Virus record (IMG/VR): IMGVR_UViG_3300036987_000310
Span: 224,001-288,000 of that record
DNA: 64,000 bases
Reading direction: 5' to 3' (one strand)
Source: a virus
Lineage: Duplodnaviria; Caudoviricetes
The translations under genes and the position numbers were made by a program. The notes under the pieces were generated by a model. That model ran no database searches and was not told the DNA's origin. It saw only the letters and a list, made by a program, of their open reading frames with translations. Below, in pieces: positions 18,817 through 27,395 of this stretch. The first letter of the stretch is position 1. Each line of letters starts with the position of its first letter.

Positions 18817-19739
18817 AGTTGGACGAAGAAAATGTGCGAAAGCACGTGATCGCAGTCGTAAAAGACGACCCAACGATCCCGGAAGACGAACTGCGCGACG
18901 GTCTTCCGGTGGTCTCCATCGACGGAGTGAAGTGTGCCGTGGACACCAACAACGGGGTGATCCAAACGGGAGAGGGCCGCGAGCAGCGCTGGTTCGAGCT
19001 GCACTTGCGCGACGTGACCCCCAAGCGGTTTCTGTCGCGCGAGCAGCAAGAGGCCATGGCTGCCGAGCAAGAGGACTGGTGGCTCGTCAGCTCTTCCCAG
19101 CGCTCGTGCTTCGTGCGAAACAAGAAGCGCTCCGGAGCCATCATGGACTTCCTCATGCGATTTCCGGGCGAGGCGGCGTTTGGGATGGATATGCCCGAGG
19201 CCGAGCTGGCGAGGGGCTTCGAGTTCATCGACGATGAAGGGGACCGGATTCGGACCGAGTTCATCGCCAAAGAAGTCATGGAGACGGTGGCTGACCCGCC
19301 CGATCCGCCTCAGCGCCCGCAGGCGGCCACGCCTCAAACGCCCACGGGCTCCATGGGATGCCCTCCAGGCCAATGCGTTTGCGGCGGATGCTACCCCGAT
19401 CCAACAGAAGCTTCGCCCGAGCCGGACAGGCCGGACTTCAAGCCTGAGGACTTCTACTTCGGCGTGGCAGAAGCGTCCACCTTCGGCGGAGACACGAACG
19501 ACAAGTGGCTGACCGTCTGTCCGAAGAAGCATTGGGATGAGCACCACATCCCGTATGATGGGCACCTGGACGTCGAACATCTGTTTCCCGAGTATCTGCA
19601 GTACCCCGCGGACATGGAAGCCATCTGGATCCTGCCCGACAACGCGATGACCGAGGACGTGGCCATCGACATGACCGTTCTCGGATTCGAGCGCAACCTA
19701 GAGCTGGAGGGGCTGCTCGACGAGGTTCACGAGTCATGA
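18813..19739 (+). CDS. acidic hypothetical protein with C-terminal tag
   Basis: 308 aa, high GC3; CVCGGC; ends LEGLLDEVHES*. Confidence 0.85.
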   Translation: MKLDEENVRKHVIAVVKDDPTIPEDELRDGLPVVSIDGVKCAVDTNNGVIQTGEGREQRWFELHLRDVTPKRFLSREQQEAMAAEQEDWWLVSSSQRSCFVRNKKRSGAIMDFLMRFPGEAAFGMDMPEAELARGFEFIDDEGDRIRTEFIAKEVMETVADPPDPPQRPQAATPQTPTGSMGCPPGQCVCGGCYPDPTEASPEPDRPDFKPEDFYFGVAEASTFGGDTNDKWLTVCPKKHWDEHHIPYDGHLDVEHLFPEYLQYPADMEAIWILPDNAMTEDVAIDMTVLGFERNLELEGLLDEVHES

Positions 19740-19754
19740 GAGGAGAGTGACAAA

Positions 19755-20021
19755 ATGGATTCATATCAAGTGGTGACTTTCCTAGATTGGGATGTGTCTG
19801 TGGTGGAGCACACCGACCCGGTGCAAGCAGTCAACATGGCCATCGATGCCACTTTCCCAGGAGACCAAACTCGGGCCGAGTACTTCATGGCTGACCCTCA
19901 CGAGTGGGAAGCTGGGGAAGAGAACCTCATGGCCATCGGTCCGACGGACTTCGCGTTGTTGATCATCGTAGGTGAAGTTAACCCATACCCATATCCGTTG
20001 GGAATCATCCGAAAAAAGTGA
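19755..20021 (+). CDS. hypothetical protein
   Basis: SD GAGGAG. Confidence 0.65.
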   Translation: MDSYQVVTFLDWDVSVVEHTDPVQAVNMAIDATFPGDQTRAEYFMADPHEWEAGEENLMAIGPTDFALLIIVGEVNPYPYPLGIIRKK

Positions 20022-20101
20022 CGGCAGATGAGCACAAAATGCGCTGTTTGCACCACTCGTGAAGAGTAGCTTGTGGCAAAATTATGTCGGAGTGAGGCAG
20101 T

Positions 20102-20518
20102 ATGAAGTCGTCACAGTCGTCCTCAATAAGCCCATACCAAGCTCAGGTTTTGGTTCTTCTGGACTGGTGGGTGGAGTCCAAGCGCGACAGGATTCTTGAC
20201 ATGCTGAAAGACGCTGACCCTGATGGAGTCAACGGAACGACAATTGAAGCCGTAGGCCTCTGCCTCATGAGACTCTGGGACTGGGAAACAGAATTCTTTC
20301 AAGATGTCCAAAACAATGACTTGGCGCTCTTGATTTGGACCCGTTACTCCCCCTGGTGGCTTTCAACCGGACACATGGACAATCGGCATCTCGACTGGGA
20401 GGTTGCCGGCCGAATCGGTGCAATCGCCAAGGGCCAGGGTTGGATTGAAAAACATCGCAAGGCGCTCGAACGCGCCGGCAGACGATTGCGCGCCGTAAAG
20501 AAAATCCAGGAGGCGTGA
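20102..20518 (+). CDS. hypothetical protein with C-terminal tag
   Basis: Ends RRLRAVKKIQEA*. Confidence 0.75.
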   Translation: MKSSQSSSISPYQAQVLVLLDWWVESKRDRILDMLKDADPDGVNGTTIEAVGLCLMRLWDWETEFFQDVQNNDLALLIWTRYSPWWLSTGHMDNRHLDWEVAGRIGAIAKGQGWIEKHRKALERAGRRLRAVKKIQEA

Positions 20519-20526
20519 GGCCAGTC

Positions 20527-20551
20527 GGAACTGCGCGAATTCGCCGCGTAT
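20527..20551 (+). promoter_or_regulatory. ECF-type promoter copy
   Basis: GGAAC-N16-GTAT. Confidence 0.8.
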
Positions 20552-20601
20552 CGGTCCGTGGGGTGGACCGGCTAAAATGGCCACCCTGCTAGTGCAAACA
20601 C

Positions 20602-20799
20602 ATGTCTGATCTGTGCTCATGGTGCCAACGCAGGCTGGCGACCCGCTGGACTTTCTGGACCCAGAAGCCAGACGGGTCTGGGCAGACGTATCTGTACTGC
20701 GCCTGCGACGACTGCTGGAAAAATCTGGCGAACAATCAGTATGAAGAGCACGAAGTGAGTCGCGACGAGTGGCTCGTTGCGAAAACTCAGGCAACGTGA
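20602..20799 (+). CDS. Zn-finger microprotein with C-terminal tag
   Basis: CSWC..CACDDC; ends SRDEWLVAKTQAT*. Confidence 0.8.
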   Translation: MSDLCSWCQRRLATRWTFWTQKPDGSGQTYLYCACDDCWKNLANNQYEEHEVSRDEWLVAKTQAT

Positions 20800-20826
20800 G
20801 GCTCCACAAACACGAGGACGCAGCAC

Positions 20827-21324
20827 ATGATCAAGACGAAGGTTTTTGTCGTGGCCAGAATCGAGGGGTGGCAGAACAGTCTTGCCGAACGGATCGCCAC
20901 AACGCTCGGCTTGCCTCCAGGCAGCGTGCAAGTGAAATTGCGCCGCGGAACAATCGAGGCTCGGGTGGAAGCCCGAGCGATGAAGCCCGAATCGAAATTC
21001 GCAACCGAAGCGGTGAAGCTAATCCTCTTTCTGACAGAGAACCACTGGCCGTCTCGTTGCCCGCCCGAGGTCATTCTGCGCGGCCCTTGGCAGACATCCC
21101 TTTGCTCCCTACACAGTTGGCAAGAAACGAGGGCGAGGGAAAGGGCTTCCTTCGTCGAGAGAAATTACAACCCAGACAAAATCCGCAAAATCGTTCGAGA
21201 CAAATCGTCTCCGATCCGAAGCAAGCTTGCCTCGGCTGCGAAGCACTTGTCAGACGCCGAATTGCAGGACGTGTTCAGGGAGGCACTAGAAAAATCGAAG
21301 GTGACGGCAAACAATCATTCGTGA
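20827..21324 (+). CDS. hypothetical protein
   Basis: 165-aa ORF. Confidence 0.7.
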   Translation: MIKTKVFVVARIEGWQNSLAERIATTLGLPPGSVQVKLRRGTIEARVEARAMKPESKFATEAVKLILFLTENHWPSRCPPEVILRGPWQTSLCSLHSWQETRARERASFVERNYNPDKIRKIVRDKSSPIRSKLASAAKHLSDAELQDVFREALEKSKVTANNHS

Positions 21325-21403
21325 AGAGTGGCTTGTGGTAAAACCCGCAGTCCGACTGGGCCATCAGGATCAAGGTCAAGCCGCAGCTCATCTGAAGCCC
21401 ACC

Positions 21404-21428
21404 AAAGATCGCGCACAGCTGCGCGTAT
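21404..21428 (+). promoter_or_regulatory. ECF-type promoter copy
   Basis: AAAGA-N16-GTAT (weak -35). Confidence 0.55.
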
Positions 21429-21449
21429 TCCCCGATCGGAGGTGACTGC

Positions 21450-21971
21450 ATGCTCGACTGCACGATAACAGTTCCCGGCGGAGGCAGCGGCCAGGGGTGC
21501 CTGAAGGAGAACAAGATGGAGAAAGTGACGCTCAAAAAATACTACTCCTGGACGGTCAGTGTGGAGATCGAGGCAGACCACGTGGACCTCGACATCTTCT
21601 TCAAGAAGAACGGGGTCCAGGTTATGTATAACCAGTGCTGCTCCAGCTTCATGCTGCAACAGTGGGACGAAAAGAAGGCCTGGGCCATCTGCCGCACCAT
21701 GCTGGACAAAGCGGTCGACCCGGATCCGCCCAGGAGCTACACGGAGGACGCGAAGAAGCGCAAGAGGGTGCTTCAACGCATGCTCCGAGACGCCAGCTCC
21801 GGGCCGTCCGGCCCTCTGTTCGATCTGATCCGCCAAGCCTGGGATGAGTGGCAGCAACAGCAAAAGCGGGCTCAGACCGAGCAGTTGCGGCAAGTCGTGC
21901 GGCACTTGTCGCCTGATGAGGTGGAAGTCGCAGTCGCCGAAGCTCAGGTGGCAGATGTCCATAGCCGATAG
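21450..21971 (+). CDS. hypothetical protein with C-terminal tag
   Basis: SD GGAGGTGA (alternative start 21516); ends VAEAQVADVHSR*. Confidence 0.8.
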   Translation: MLDCTITVPGGGSGQGCLKENKMEKVTLKKYYSWTVSVEIEADHVDLDIFFKKNGVQVMYNQCCSSFMLQQWDEKKAWAICRTMLDKAVDPDPPRSYTEDAKKRKRVLQRMLRDASSGPSGPLFDLIRQAWDEWQQQQKRAQTEQLRQVVRHLSPDEVEVAVAEAQVADVHSR

Positions 21972-22047
21972 CCAAAGGATGAAGAGCACGAAGTGAGTCG
22001 CAACGAGCCACTCGTCGCGAAAACTCAGGCAACGTGAGTCGGATGAG

Positions 22048-22437
22048 GTGCAAATGTCAACGTTCATCCGTTTCCCCGAAATTGATCAAGTCAAGTTTCA
22101 GACGAGGCCGGAGGAAGAGGATTACCCTCCGGACTTCGACGACCCGGAGATGAACCGCTCCATTCAGGAGAAGGTTCAAAGCGGCAACGAATGGGCCTGG
22201 TGCACAATCGTCGTGAGCGCCGTGTGGAACGGGTTTGTCGGGGAGGCCCGTCTTGGCGGGTGTTCTTACGAATCTGAGGAAAACTTCCTCGAGGACTATG
22301 CCCAACACGACTGGATGATGTGCGACGCCTACAACGATCTGTTGGGAGCTTTGGAGAAGACGGCGAAGAGTTTGGAGCCGCTCATGACGCGCGAGTCAGT
22401 TAACGAGTGGCTCGTTTCTCAAGTTCAAGAAATGTGA
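22048..22437 (+). CDS. acidic hypothetical protein with C-terminal tag
   Basis: Ends LEPLMTRESVNEWLVSQVQEM*. Confidence 0.85.
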   Translation: MQMSTFIRFPEIDQVKFQTRPEEEDYPPDFDDPEMNRSIQEKVQSGNEWAWCTIVVSAVWNGFVGEARLGGCSYESEENFLEDYAQHDWMMCDAYNDLLGALEKTAKSLEPLMTRESVNEWLVSQVQEM

Positions 22438-22759
22438 AACAATCGGGACGAGCTTCCGGAAAGCCTTCAAGGCTACAAGGCGCAGAAATCGATGGAGTAG
22501 GTGATAATGGACAAGAAAACAAGCAAACACCCATCGTCTGACAAAACACGAAAAATGACTGTGAAACAGTTGATGGAAAAACTTCAACAGCAGGATCCAG
22601 ACGCCGAGGTTTCCATCAGCGTTTCCTTTTGGCTCGACGATGTTCCTTCTGATTCAGACGCAATTGTCGGGTCTTCTTCCCTCGAACATACGTCGCTGAC
22701 GGCAAATTCAACATCACGGGGTTTAACGACCTGACGAAGAGCGTCTCCTGAAGCAGATC

Positions 22760-22784
22760 GGAAGCGCGTCGATCGCGCGCGTAT
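22760..22784 (+). promoter_or_regulatory. ECF-type promoter copy upstream of the tRNA
   Basis: GGAAG-N16-GTAT. Confidence 0.75.
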
Positions 22785-22858
22785 CGATGAGTGAGGCGGC
22801 ACCTGCTGCGTTCGGCGCCTGGCTGGCTCCCCGGCGCAGAAAGGCCCGCCTCGCTAAT

Positions 22859-22934
22859 GGGATCGTGACGCAATGGTAGCGTACCAGCCTTTTAAGCTGT
22901 GTTGTTGTGGGTTCGAGTCCCACCGGTCCCACCA
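22859..22934 (+). tRNA. tRNA-Lys(UUU)
   Basis: Acceptor stem GGGATCG/CGGTCCC, anticodon loop CTTTTAA, T-loop GTTCGAGT, encoded ACCA end. Confidence 0.92.
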
Positions 22935-22965
22935 CCATTGGTTCCGAACACAGTGGGGTGACGAA

Positions 22966-23190
22966 ATGAACGTATCGGTTTCAGACAGCTCCGTAACCTT
23001 CCAGGGAGTGGACTCCTACAATCCGCCAGCGTGGATTGACGAGGCAGTCCAATTTCTTCAGAAAGAACTGGGCATGTGCTTCGTCGAAGGAAACAACGAC
23101 CGGGGAACGATCACAGTGACGTTCGCTGAACCATTCGACGAAGAAAAAATCGAACAAGTGTTGGAAACGCTGGAGGCGAGGTTTTCATAA
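22966..23190 (+). CDS. acidic hypothetical protein
   Basis: SD GGGGTGA. Confidence 0.7.
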   Translation: MNVSVSDSSVTFQGVDSYNPPAWIDEAVQFLQKELGMCFVEGNNDRGTITVTFAEPFDEEKIEQVLETLEARFS

Positions 23191-23220
23191 TTGAACGCGA
23201 TTAAAACGATTGCAGAGGTC

Positions 23221-23571
23221 ATGGAGTTCAACTCCGACCTTCTTCCGCCCGACGGGCTGTCCGAGCGCGCCATGCAAGCCTGGGCGTGCGTGACGGACTT
23301 TGTTGCCAAGCACGATCTGACGTACACTGGAGGGTGCAAAGCATTTCACAACCCCGCCAGCTGGGATGGAGACTACGGCAAAGATTCTGTTCTCGTCGTA
23401 GTTTACGACGGAGGGTCAGTGGGATCGGCGTTTGACTTCGACAGGGAAGACTACGCGACGATCGAGGCAATGCAGAGCGAGCTGGCGAAGCTGGGCTTGT
23501 TTTCTGAGCAATGCACTTCTTGGTATTCGGCAATCTACGAAATGTCGGTAGTTCCGCCGCAACTTGGTTGA
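23221..23571 (+). CDS. hypothetical phage protein
   Basis: YTGGCKAF..P..W..YG..S.LVVVYDGG. Confidence 0.75.
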   Translation: MEFNSDLLPPDGLSERAMQAWACVTDFVAKHDLTYTGGCKAFHNPASWDGDYGKDSVLVVVYDGGSVGSAFDFDREDYATIEAMQSELAKLGLFSEQCTSWYSAIYEMSVVPPQLG

Positions 23572-23639
23572 CACCAAAGACAAACCCTTAAAACATATTT
23601 CGCAAATATGTGCCAAGATGTGCGCGCTTGAGCATGACC

Positions 23640-23664
23640 GAAGGCGCGCATCTTGCGCGCGTAT
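23640..23664 (+). promoter_or_regulatory. ECF-type promoter copy
   Basis: GAAGG-N16-GTAT. Confidence 0.65.
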
Positions 23665-23682
23665 CGGCAGCGGAGGTTACAA

Positions 23683-24087
23683 ATGGCAAAGTTGGTTTCC
23701 GTTCCGCTGATTCAGCTTCAGCTTGGCAAAACCAGAATTCGCATTAGCTCGAAGAAGGGCTACGTCTGGTGTGATTCGAGCGAAACAGTTGTGAAAATTC
23801 GCGGCATGAAAGATGCTGAACTTCTTGAAGACTTCGCGCGCCACATGGAGTTCAAGAACGTCAGCTCCGGGAAGTTCGAGAAGTTCAGGTTTCTAAGCTA
23901 TTCGCATAGGCAGAATTCGACCGACGAGGAGATGTCGTGCGACGGCCATTATTGTGTTCAGATCGTCCGTCAGTTCATCCGGAACGAGACGGAGTATAGC
24001 GCCGTGGAGGTCAGGAGGGTCAAATGTCCCGTCTGGTCGAGGTGCAGGAGTTGTGAAGACAATGGAGCTCAACATTCAGGTGCCTGA
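23683..24087 (+). CDS. hypothetical protein
   Basis: SD GGAGGT. Confidence 0.7.
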   Translation: MAKLVSVPLIQLQLGKTRIRISSKKGYVWCDSSETVVKIRGMKDAELLEDFARHMEFKNVSSGKFEKFRFLSYSHRQNSTDEEMSCDGHYCVQIVRQFIRNETEYSAVEVRRVKCPVWSRCRSCEDNGAQHSGA

Positions 24088-24379
24088 CGATTACGCGCCG
24101 TCTGACGGCGAGGTGGACAACCTCGTGTATTTGACTTGCAAGTACACGTGCGGCTGGCCCATGAGAAGCGTTGACCTTTTGATTTGTCGACAAATGGCCG
24201 GCGACATGCGGGGAGCTGAAGGAATTTCCAAGCTTGTCAAAGTCGCTTGCGAATACTGTTGGGATCACGTCTGCGGGGAGCCCGACGACGTTTCGGTTGA
24301 AGCGTTTTTCGAGCACGTCAAGCATTTCCTTGAACACTGGTATGAGAACACAACCCCGCAAGAGCGTTCCAAGACATGA
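24062..24379 (+). CDS. hypothetical protein
   Basis: SD GGAG; acidic, Cys-containing. Confidence 0.65.
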   Translation: MELNIQVPDDYAPSDGEVDNLVYLTCKYTCGWPMRSVDLLICRQMAGDMRGAEGISKLVKVACEYCWDHVCGEPDDVSVEAFFEHVKHFLEHWYENTTPQERSKT

Positions 24380-24520
24380 GGCAAAATTGAAGCTCTGCGT
24401 CTAAAACCCCGCCTTCCATCCAAGTCTTTAACTCCGCTTTCAAAGCAACCCGCTTCAAAAGATGGCCTTCAAAGACCGCGGTCGAAGACTGTCTTTTGAA
24501 GGCTCCCTTCAACGCGGTGC

Positions 24521-24545
24521 GGAAGGCGGTCGATCGCGCGCGTAT
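24521..24545 (+). promoter_or_regulatory. ECF-type promoter copy
   Basis: GGAAG-N16-GTAT. Confidence 0.75.
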
Positions 24546-24584
24546 CGGAGGTGCGAGACGAACCAACACGCGAAGGAGCCAGCC

Positions 24585-24761
24585 ATGAGACTGAAAGTTG
24601 AAAACCTACCGATGGCTTGGCGAGAGGCTTGTCAAGCCATCGCTGACCCGCAACGGGTTCCTCAAACGCATGTGCGCCTAACGCCCCTCCCCGATCGACC
24701 AGGGTGGATTCTTGAGGATGCGTCAGACCCTATGGAAGAACGGGCTCCCCTCGACGCATAG
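24585..24761 (+). CDS. small hypothetical protein
   Basis: SD AAGGAG; 58 aa. Confidence 0.6.
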   Translation: MRLKVENLPMAWREACQAIADPQRVPQTHVRLTPLPDRPGWILEDASDPMEERAPLDA

Positions 24762-24762
24762 C

Positions 24763-24787
24763 GCAAGGCGGGCGATCGCGCGCGTAT
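24763..24787 (+). promoter_or_regulatory. ECF-type promoter copy
   Basis: GCAAG-N16-GTAT. Confidence 0.75.
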
Positions 24788-25031
24788 CGGGAGGTGCGAG
24801 ACGGCGAAACCAGAGAGACACATAATATTTTTCACCGCTACGCCAAGGAGAGTGAGAAAATGGGGCATTAGCGATTGCCCAGATCGATCTTTGTCCCCCT
24901 CGGGGGTCGATCCTATGGGCCAACAGCGGAGGGGGCGGGCGGCCTGATCAACCACCCGATGGCCGAAGCGGGCCGGGCTCCCTCATGGGACCCGGCCATC
25001 GGCTTGTCGGGGATGCCCTTTGAAAGCCACG

Positions 25032-25056
25032 GGAAGTCGGCGCGATTCGCGCGTAC
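25032..25056 (+). promoter_or_regulatory. ECF-type promoter copy
   Basis: GGAAG-N16-GTAC. Confidence 0.75.
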
Positions 25057-25091
25057 CGGTCCGTGGCGGGCACTCACAAATGCGGCAGGAG

Positions 25092-25586
25092 ATGACAATG
25101 AAGCTTTCCGAGATGACACTGGAGCAGTTGAAAGCCAAACGCGCCCAGATCGAGAAGTTCATAACCGAGCGCATGGAAGAGAAGCTGGCTCTCCCCGCCA
25201 GCATACCTGCTTCGATCGGCGCGTGGACAAAGGACGAAAACGATGAGTTGTCCGATTTTGAAGGAACCGAAGTACTGCACAACCAGTATTCGTTTCTGAA
25301 CGACGACGGCATCGAGGCTGTCGATTTCCGCATCCGCGTCTTCCGCGTTGGCAAGGACCTTGTCGCGCACGGGGAATACTGGCTGCACATGCGGGCTTAT
25401 TGCTATGGTCTTGTGGCCTGCCAAATCAAAATGCTCGGAACCCCGCACATCGACAACGCGATCCCGTGCGACGAAGACGAGTTGTCATCGCTGGACTTGA
25501 AGAACGCTTTGGAAGTGGGCAAATTCTGCAAACGCCATTTCGGCGTGAACGCGGACCCGGCCACCTTTATCCACTGCAGCTTTTGA
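25092..25586 (+). CDS. hypothetical protein with MKLSEMT N-terminal module
   Basis: MTMKLSEMTLEQLKAKRAQIEKFI. Confidence 0.8.
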   Translation: MTMKLSEMTLEQLKAKRAQIEKFITERMEEKLALPASIPASIGAWTKDENDELSDFEGTEVLHNQYSFLNDDGIEAVDFRIRVFRVGKDLVAHGEYWLHMRAYCYGLVACQIKMLGTPHIDNAIPCDEDELSSLDLKNALEVGKFCKRHFGVNADPATFIHCSF

Positions 25587-25611
25587 CGAATTGTGTCCCA
25601 TGGAGGTGACG

Positions 25612-26034
25612 ATGAAGCTGAAACTAACACCCGAAGAAAAAATCGTCGTGATGCGAATTGTCCTCTCTGCTCAGGAGTCATTTTACTCTGCGCCGGAGGC
25701 GTTTGCCGAGAACGGGAAAGAGAAAGAGGCGTTCAAAAGCGCCGTTTCCAAGCTCAAGAACGGCTGCGGAATCGAAGAGACTTCCAACATGACAAGTTTC
25801 GTTTGCTCGCAACTTGAGACTTGTCATGCAAACGACGACGCCGATGCCGTGTATGCCTATTTCCGCACCGAGCCAAACCCTGCCGACTGGGAAGAAGCTG
25901 TAGAATCCGAGCAGGATGGCAGCATCGGTCTCATCAAAAGTGAGGCTTGCGGATGGGAAGAGCGCGAAGAAGTCCCAACGCCACTGTCGAAGGCGTCGGG
26001 GTTTAAGCGCTATTACCTGGGTGGTGCTGGCTGA
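25612..26034 (+). CDS. hypothetical protein; C-terminal half paralogous to 30335-30550
   Basis: SD GGAGGTGA; FVCSQLETC..DAVYAYFR.EP..ADWEEA. Confidence 0.8.
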   Translation: MKLKLTPEEKIVVMRIVLSAQESFYSAPEAFAENGKEKEAFKSAVSKLKNGCGIEETSNMTSFVCSQLETCHANDDADAVYAYFRTEPNPADWEEAVESEQDGSIGLIKSEACGWEEREEVPTPLSKASGFKRYYLGGAG

Positions 26035-26055
26035 GCACTGCTCTGACTGGGCCGT

Positions 26056-26080
26056 GGGAGTCGGCGCGATTCGCGCGTAT
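26056..26080 (+). promoter_or_regulatory. ECF-type promoter copy
   Basis: GGGAG-N16-GTAT; spacer identical to the 25032 copy. Confidence 0.75.
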
Positions 26081-26091
26081 CGGACGGGGAG

Positions 26092-26298
26092 ATGCCAATG
26101 TGCAACCACGAAAAAGCCCACACGAAACGCTACGTCGGCTCAACTGACGTCTACCGGTTCTGCCCTTCCTGCTTCTCGACCTTCGACGGCGAGGAGTCTG
26201 CGGTCAAGAAAGCGCTCATCAATGATGCGTGCAAGGCCAACGTGACTGAGGCGGACGAAGTCGACGGCCGAATGACTGTCGAATCGGAGTGGTCATGA
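26092..26298 (+). CDS. small Zn-ribbon-like protein
   Basis: CNH..CPSC. Confidence 0.65.
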   Translation: MPMCNHEKAHTKRYVGSTDVYRFCPSCFSTFDGEESAVKKALINDACKANVTEADEVDGRMTVESEWS

Positions 26299-26699
26299 TT
26301 CGCAAAGCGTTCATCGTCGGCGGGTTTTTGGCGTCCATCATGCTCTTGTGCATGGCGTTCGTTCTCGTGTGCGCCATCAACCTGGTGCTAAACGGGTACA
26401 ACCCAAAGTGCGGGCCTCTCCCCGAGCGAATTTGGCGCAACGCCATCCCGTTCATGTGCTCTCCCAAGCAGAATCTCCCGGAAAGCCGCGTTCAAACAGT
26501 TCGCTGGCACAGCCCTCCAGCAAAAACCCAAAAGCCGAATCGCGCCCCAACGCCCCGTTCTGCGCCAACTCGGCGCCCGTCGCGTTGCGCTCCTCTTCAG
26601 CAAGAGCCCTACCGAGTTCAATGCGATCGCGGAGTGTGCTATCACGATCCGGGGTACCGCGCCAACTGCGGACTTGCGGACAACTGGAAAGGAAACTGA
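26295..26699 (+). CDS. membrane-anchored hypothetical protein
   Basis: N-terminal hydrophobic helix; Pro/Arg-rich tail. Confidence 0.55.
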   Translation: MIRKAFIVGGFLASIMLLCMAFVLVCAINLVLNGYNPKCGPLPERIWRNAIPFMCSPKQNLPESRVQTVRWHSPPAKTQKPNRAPTPRSAPTRRPSRCAPLQQEPYRVQCDRGVCYHDPGYRANCGLADNWKGN

Positions 26700-26702
26700 C
26701 CT

Positions 26703-26861
26703 ATGGCAAAGTTTAAAGTGACAGTGTCGTTCATCGTGGAAGCCGAGGACGAGGACGAAGCCGAGGATAAGGTGGAGTTTGCTCTTGGGCTGACTTCAGC
26801 GGCAAATGAAGCCGAGGATATAGTTTTTGATGAGTATTGCACAACTGATGTGACGGAATGA
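26703..26861 (+). CDS. small acidic protein
   Basis: MAKFKVTVSFIVEAEDEDEAE..; 52 aa. Confidence 0.6.
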   Translation: MAKFKVTVSFIVEAEDEDEAEDKVEFALGLTSAANEAEDIVFDEYCTTDVTE

Positions 26862-26871
26862 AGTGTTCGCG

Positions 26872-27135
26872 ATGAACATTCAAGACGAAGCGCAAGCGAT
26901 TTTCGACAAATGGATGGACGGCGACTGCGCCACAGCCCTTCTTGCTCTTGAAAAGCATGGGGGGCTTCTTGGCCATGCGATCTGCGCCCAGCTTGTGCTG
27001 CTCATAATCGATGCGGACGAGTCGAACCGCACAAGGGGTTTAACTCGCATTAGCCTCCCCAACTTCATAGAAATGATTGAAGAAGCGGCGTTTGACCGCC
27101 GCATCCTAGAAGTCGGGGAGACCATGGAGAGGTAG
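26872..27135 (+). CDS. hypothetical protein
   Basis: ORF in the operon direction. Confidence 0.6.
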   Translation: MNIQDEAQAIFDKWMDGDCATALLALEKHGGLLGHAICAQLVLLIIDADESNRTRGLTRISLPNFIEMIEEAAFDRRILEVGETMER

Positions 27136-27155
27136 TTAGACCTGCAAAGGTCGGT

Positions 27156-27180
27156 GCAGATCGCGCTCGTCCCCGCGTAT
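27156..27180 (+). promoter_or_regulatory. ECF-type promoter copy
   Basis: GCAGA-N16-GTAT. Confidence 0.65.
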
Positions 27181-27199
27181 CGAGCGGGGAGGTGACGAG

Positions 27200-27394
27200 A
27201 TGGGAAAAGTTTGGAATATCGTGGGGCCAGAAGGCGCTCTCTCTGACAAGGAGACCCGGCAGGCGATCAAGCAGCTCAGGCAGCTTCGGGCCGAACGCTT
27301 CATCTTGTTGGAGAGCAAGAAGGAGGATTACAACGAAGCAGTGGCGCTCAACGCGCTGTTCGGTCCGCCACCTAAGCCCGAGCAGCGGAGGTAG
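27200..27394 (+). CDS. small hypothetical protein
   Basis: SD GGAGGTGA. Confidence 0.7.
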   Translation: MGKVWNIVGPEGALSDKETRQAIKQLRQLRAERFILLESKKEDYNEAVALNALFGPPPKPEQRR

Positions 27395-27395
27395 C

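Larger units (their letters stand above)
20741..22038 (+). repeat. 60-bp direct repeat (20741-20800, 21979-22038) encoding the C-terminal tag
   Basis: 55/60 identical. Confidence 0.9.

Noticed and set aside
21969-21971. Genome-wide stop-codon reassignment (TAG read as sense)
   Set aside because: Large conserved genes (ThyX, PurZ, AAA, vWA) are intact in the standard code, many tagged genes end properly at TAG, and no suppressor tRNA is seen. Only local read-through remains possible.
22501-22734. Small ORF containing MTVKQLMEKLQQQDPDAEV
   Set aside because: The motif is common at the start of phage microproteins, but the start, SD and 3' half are unconvincing, so it may be a remnant; not listed as a feature.
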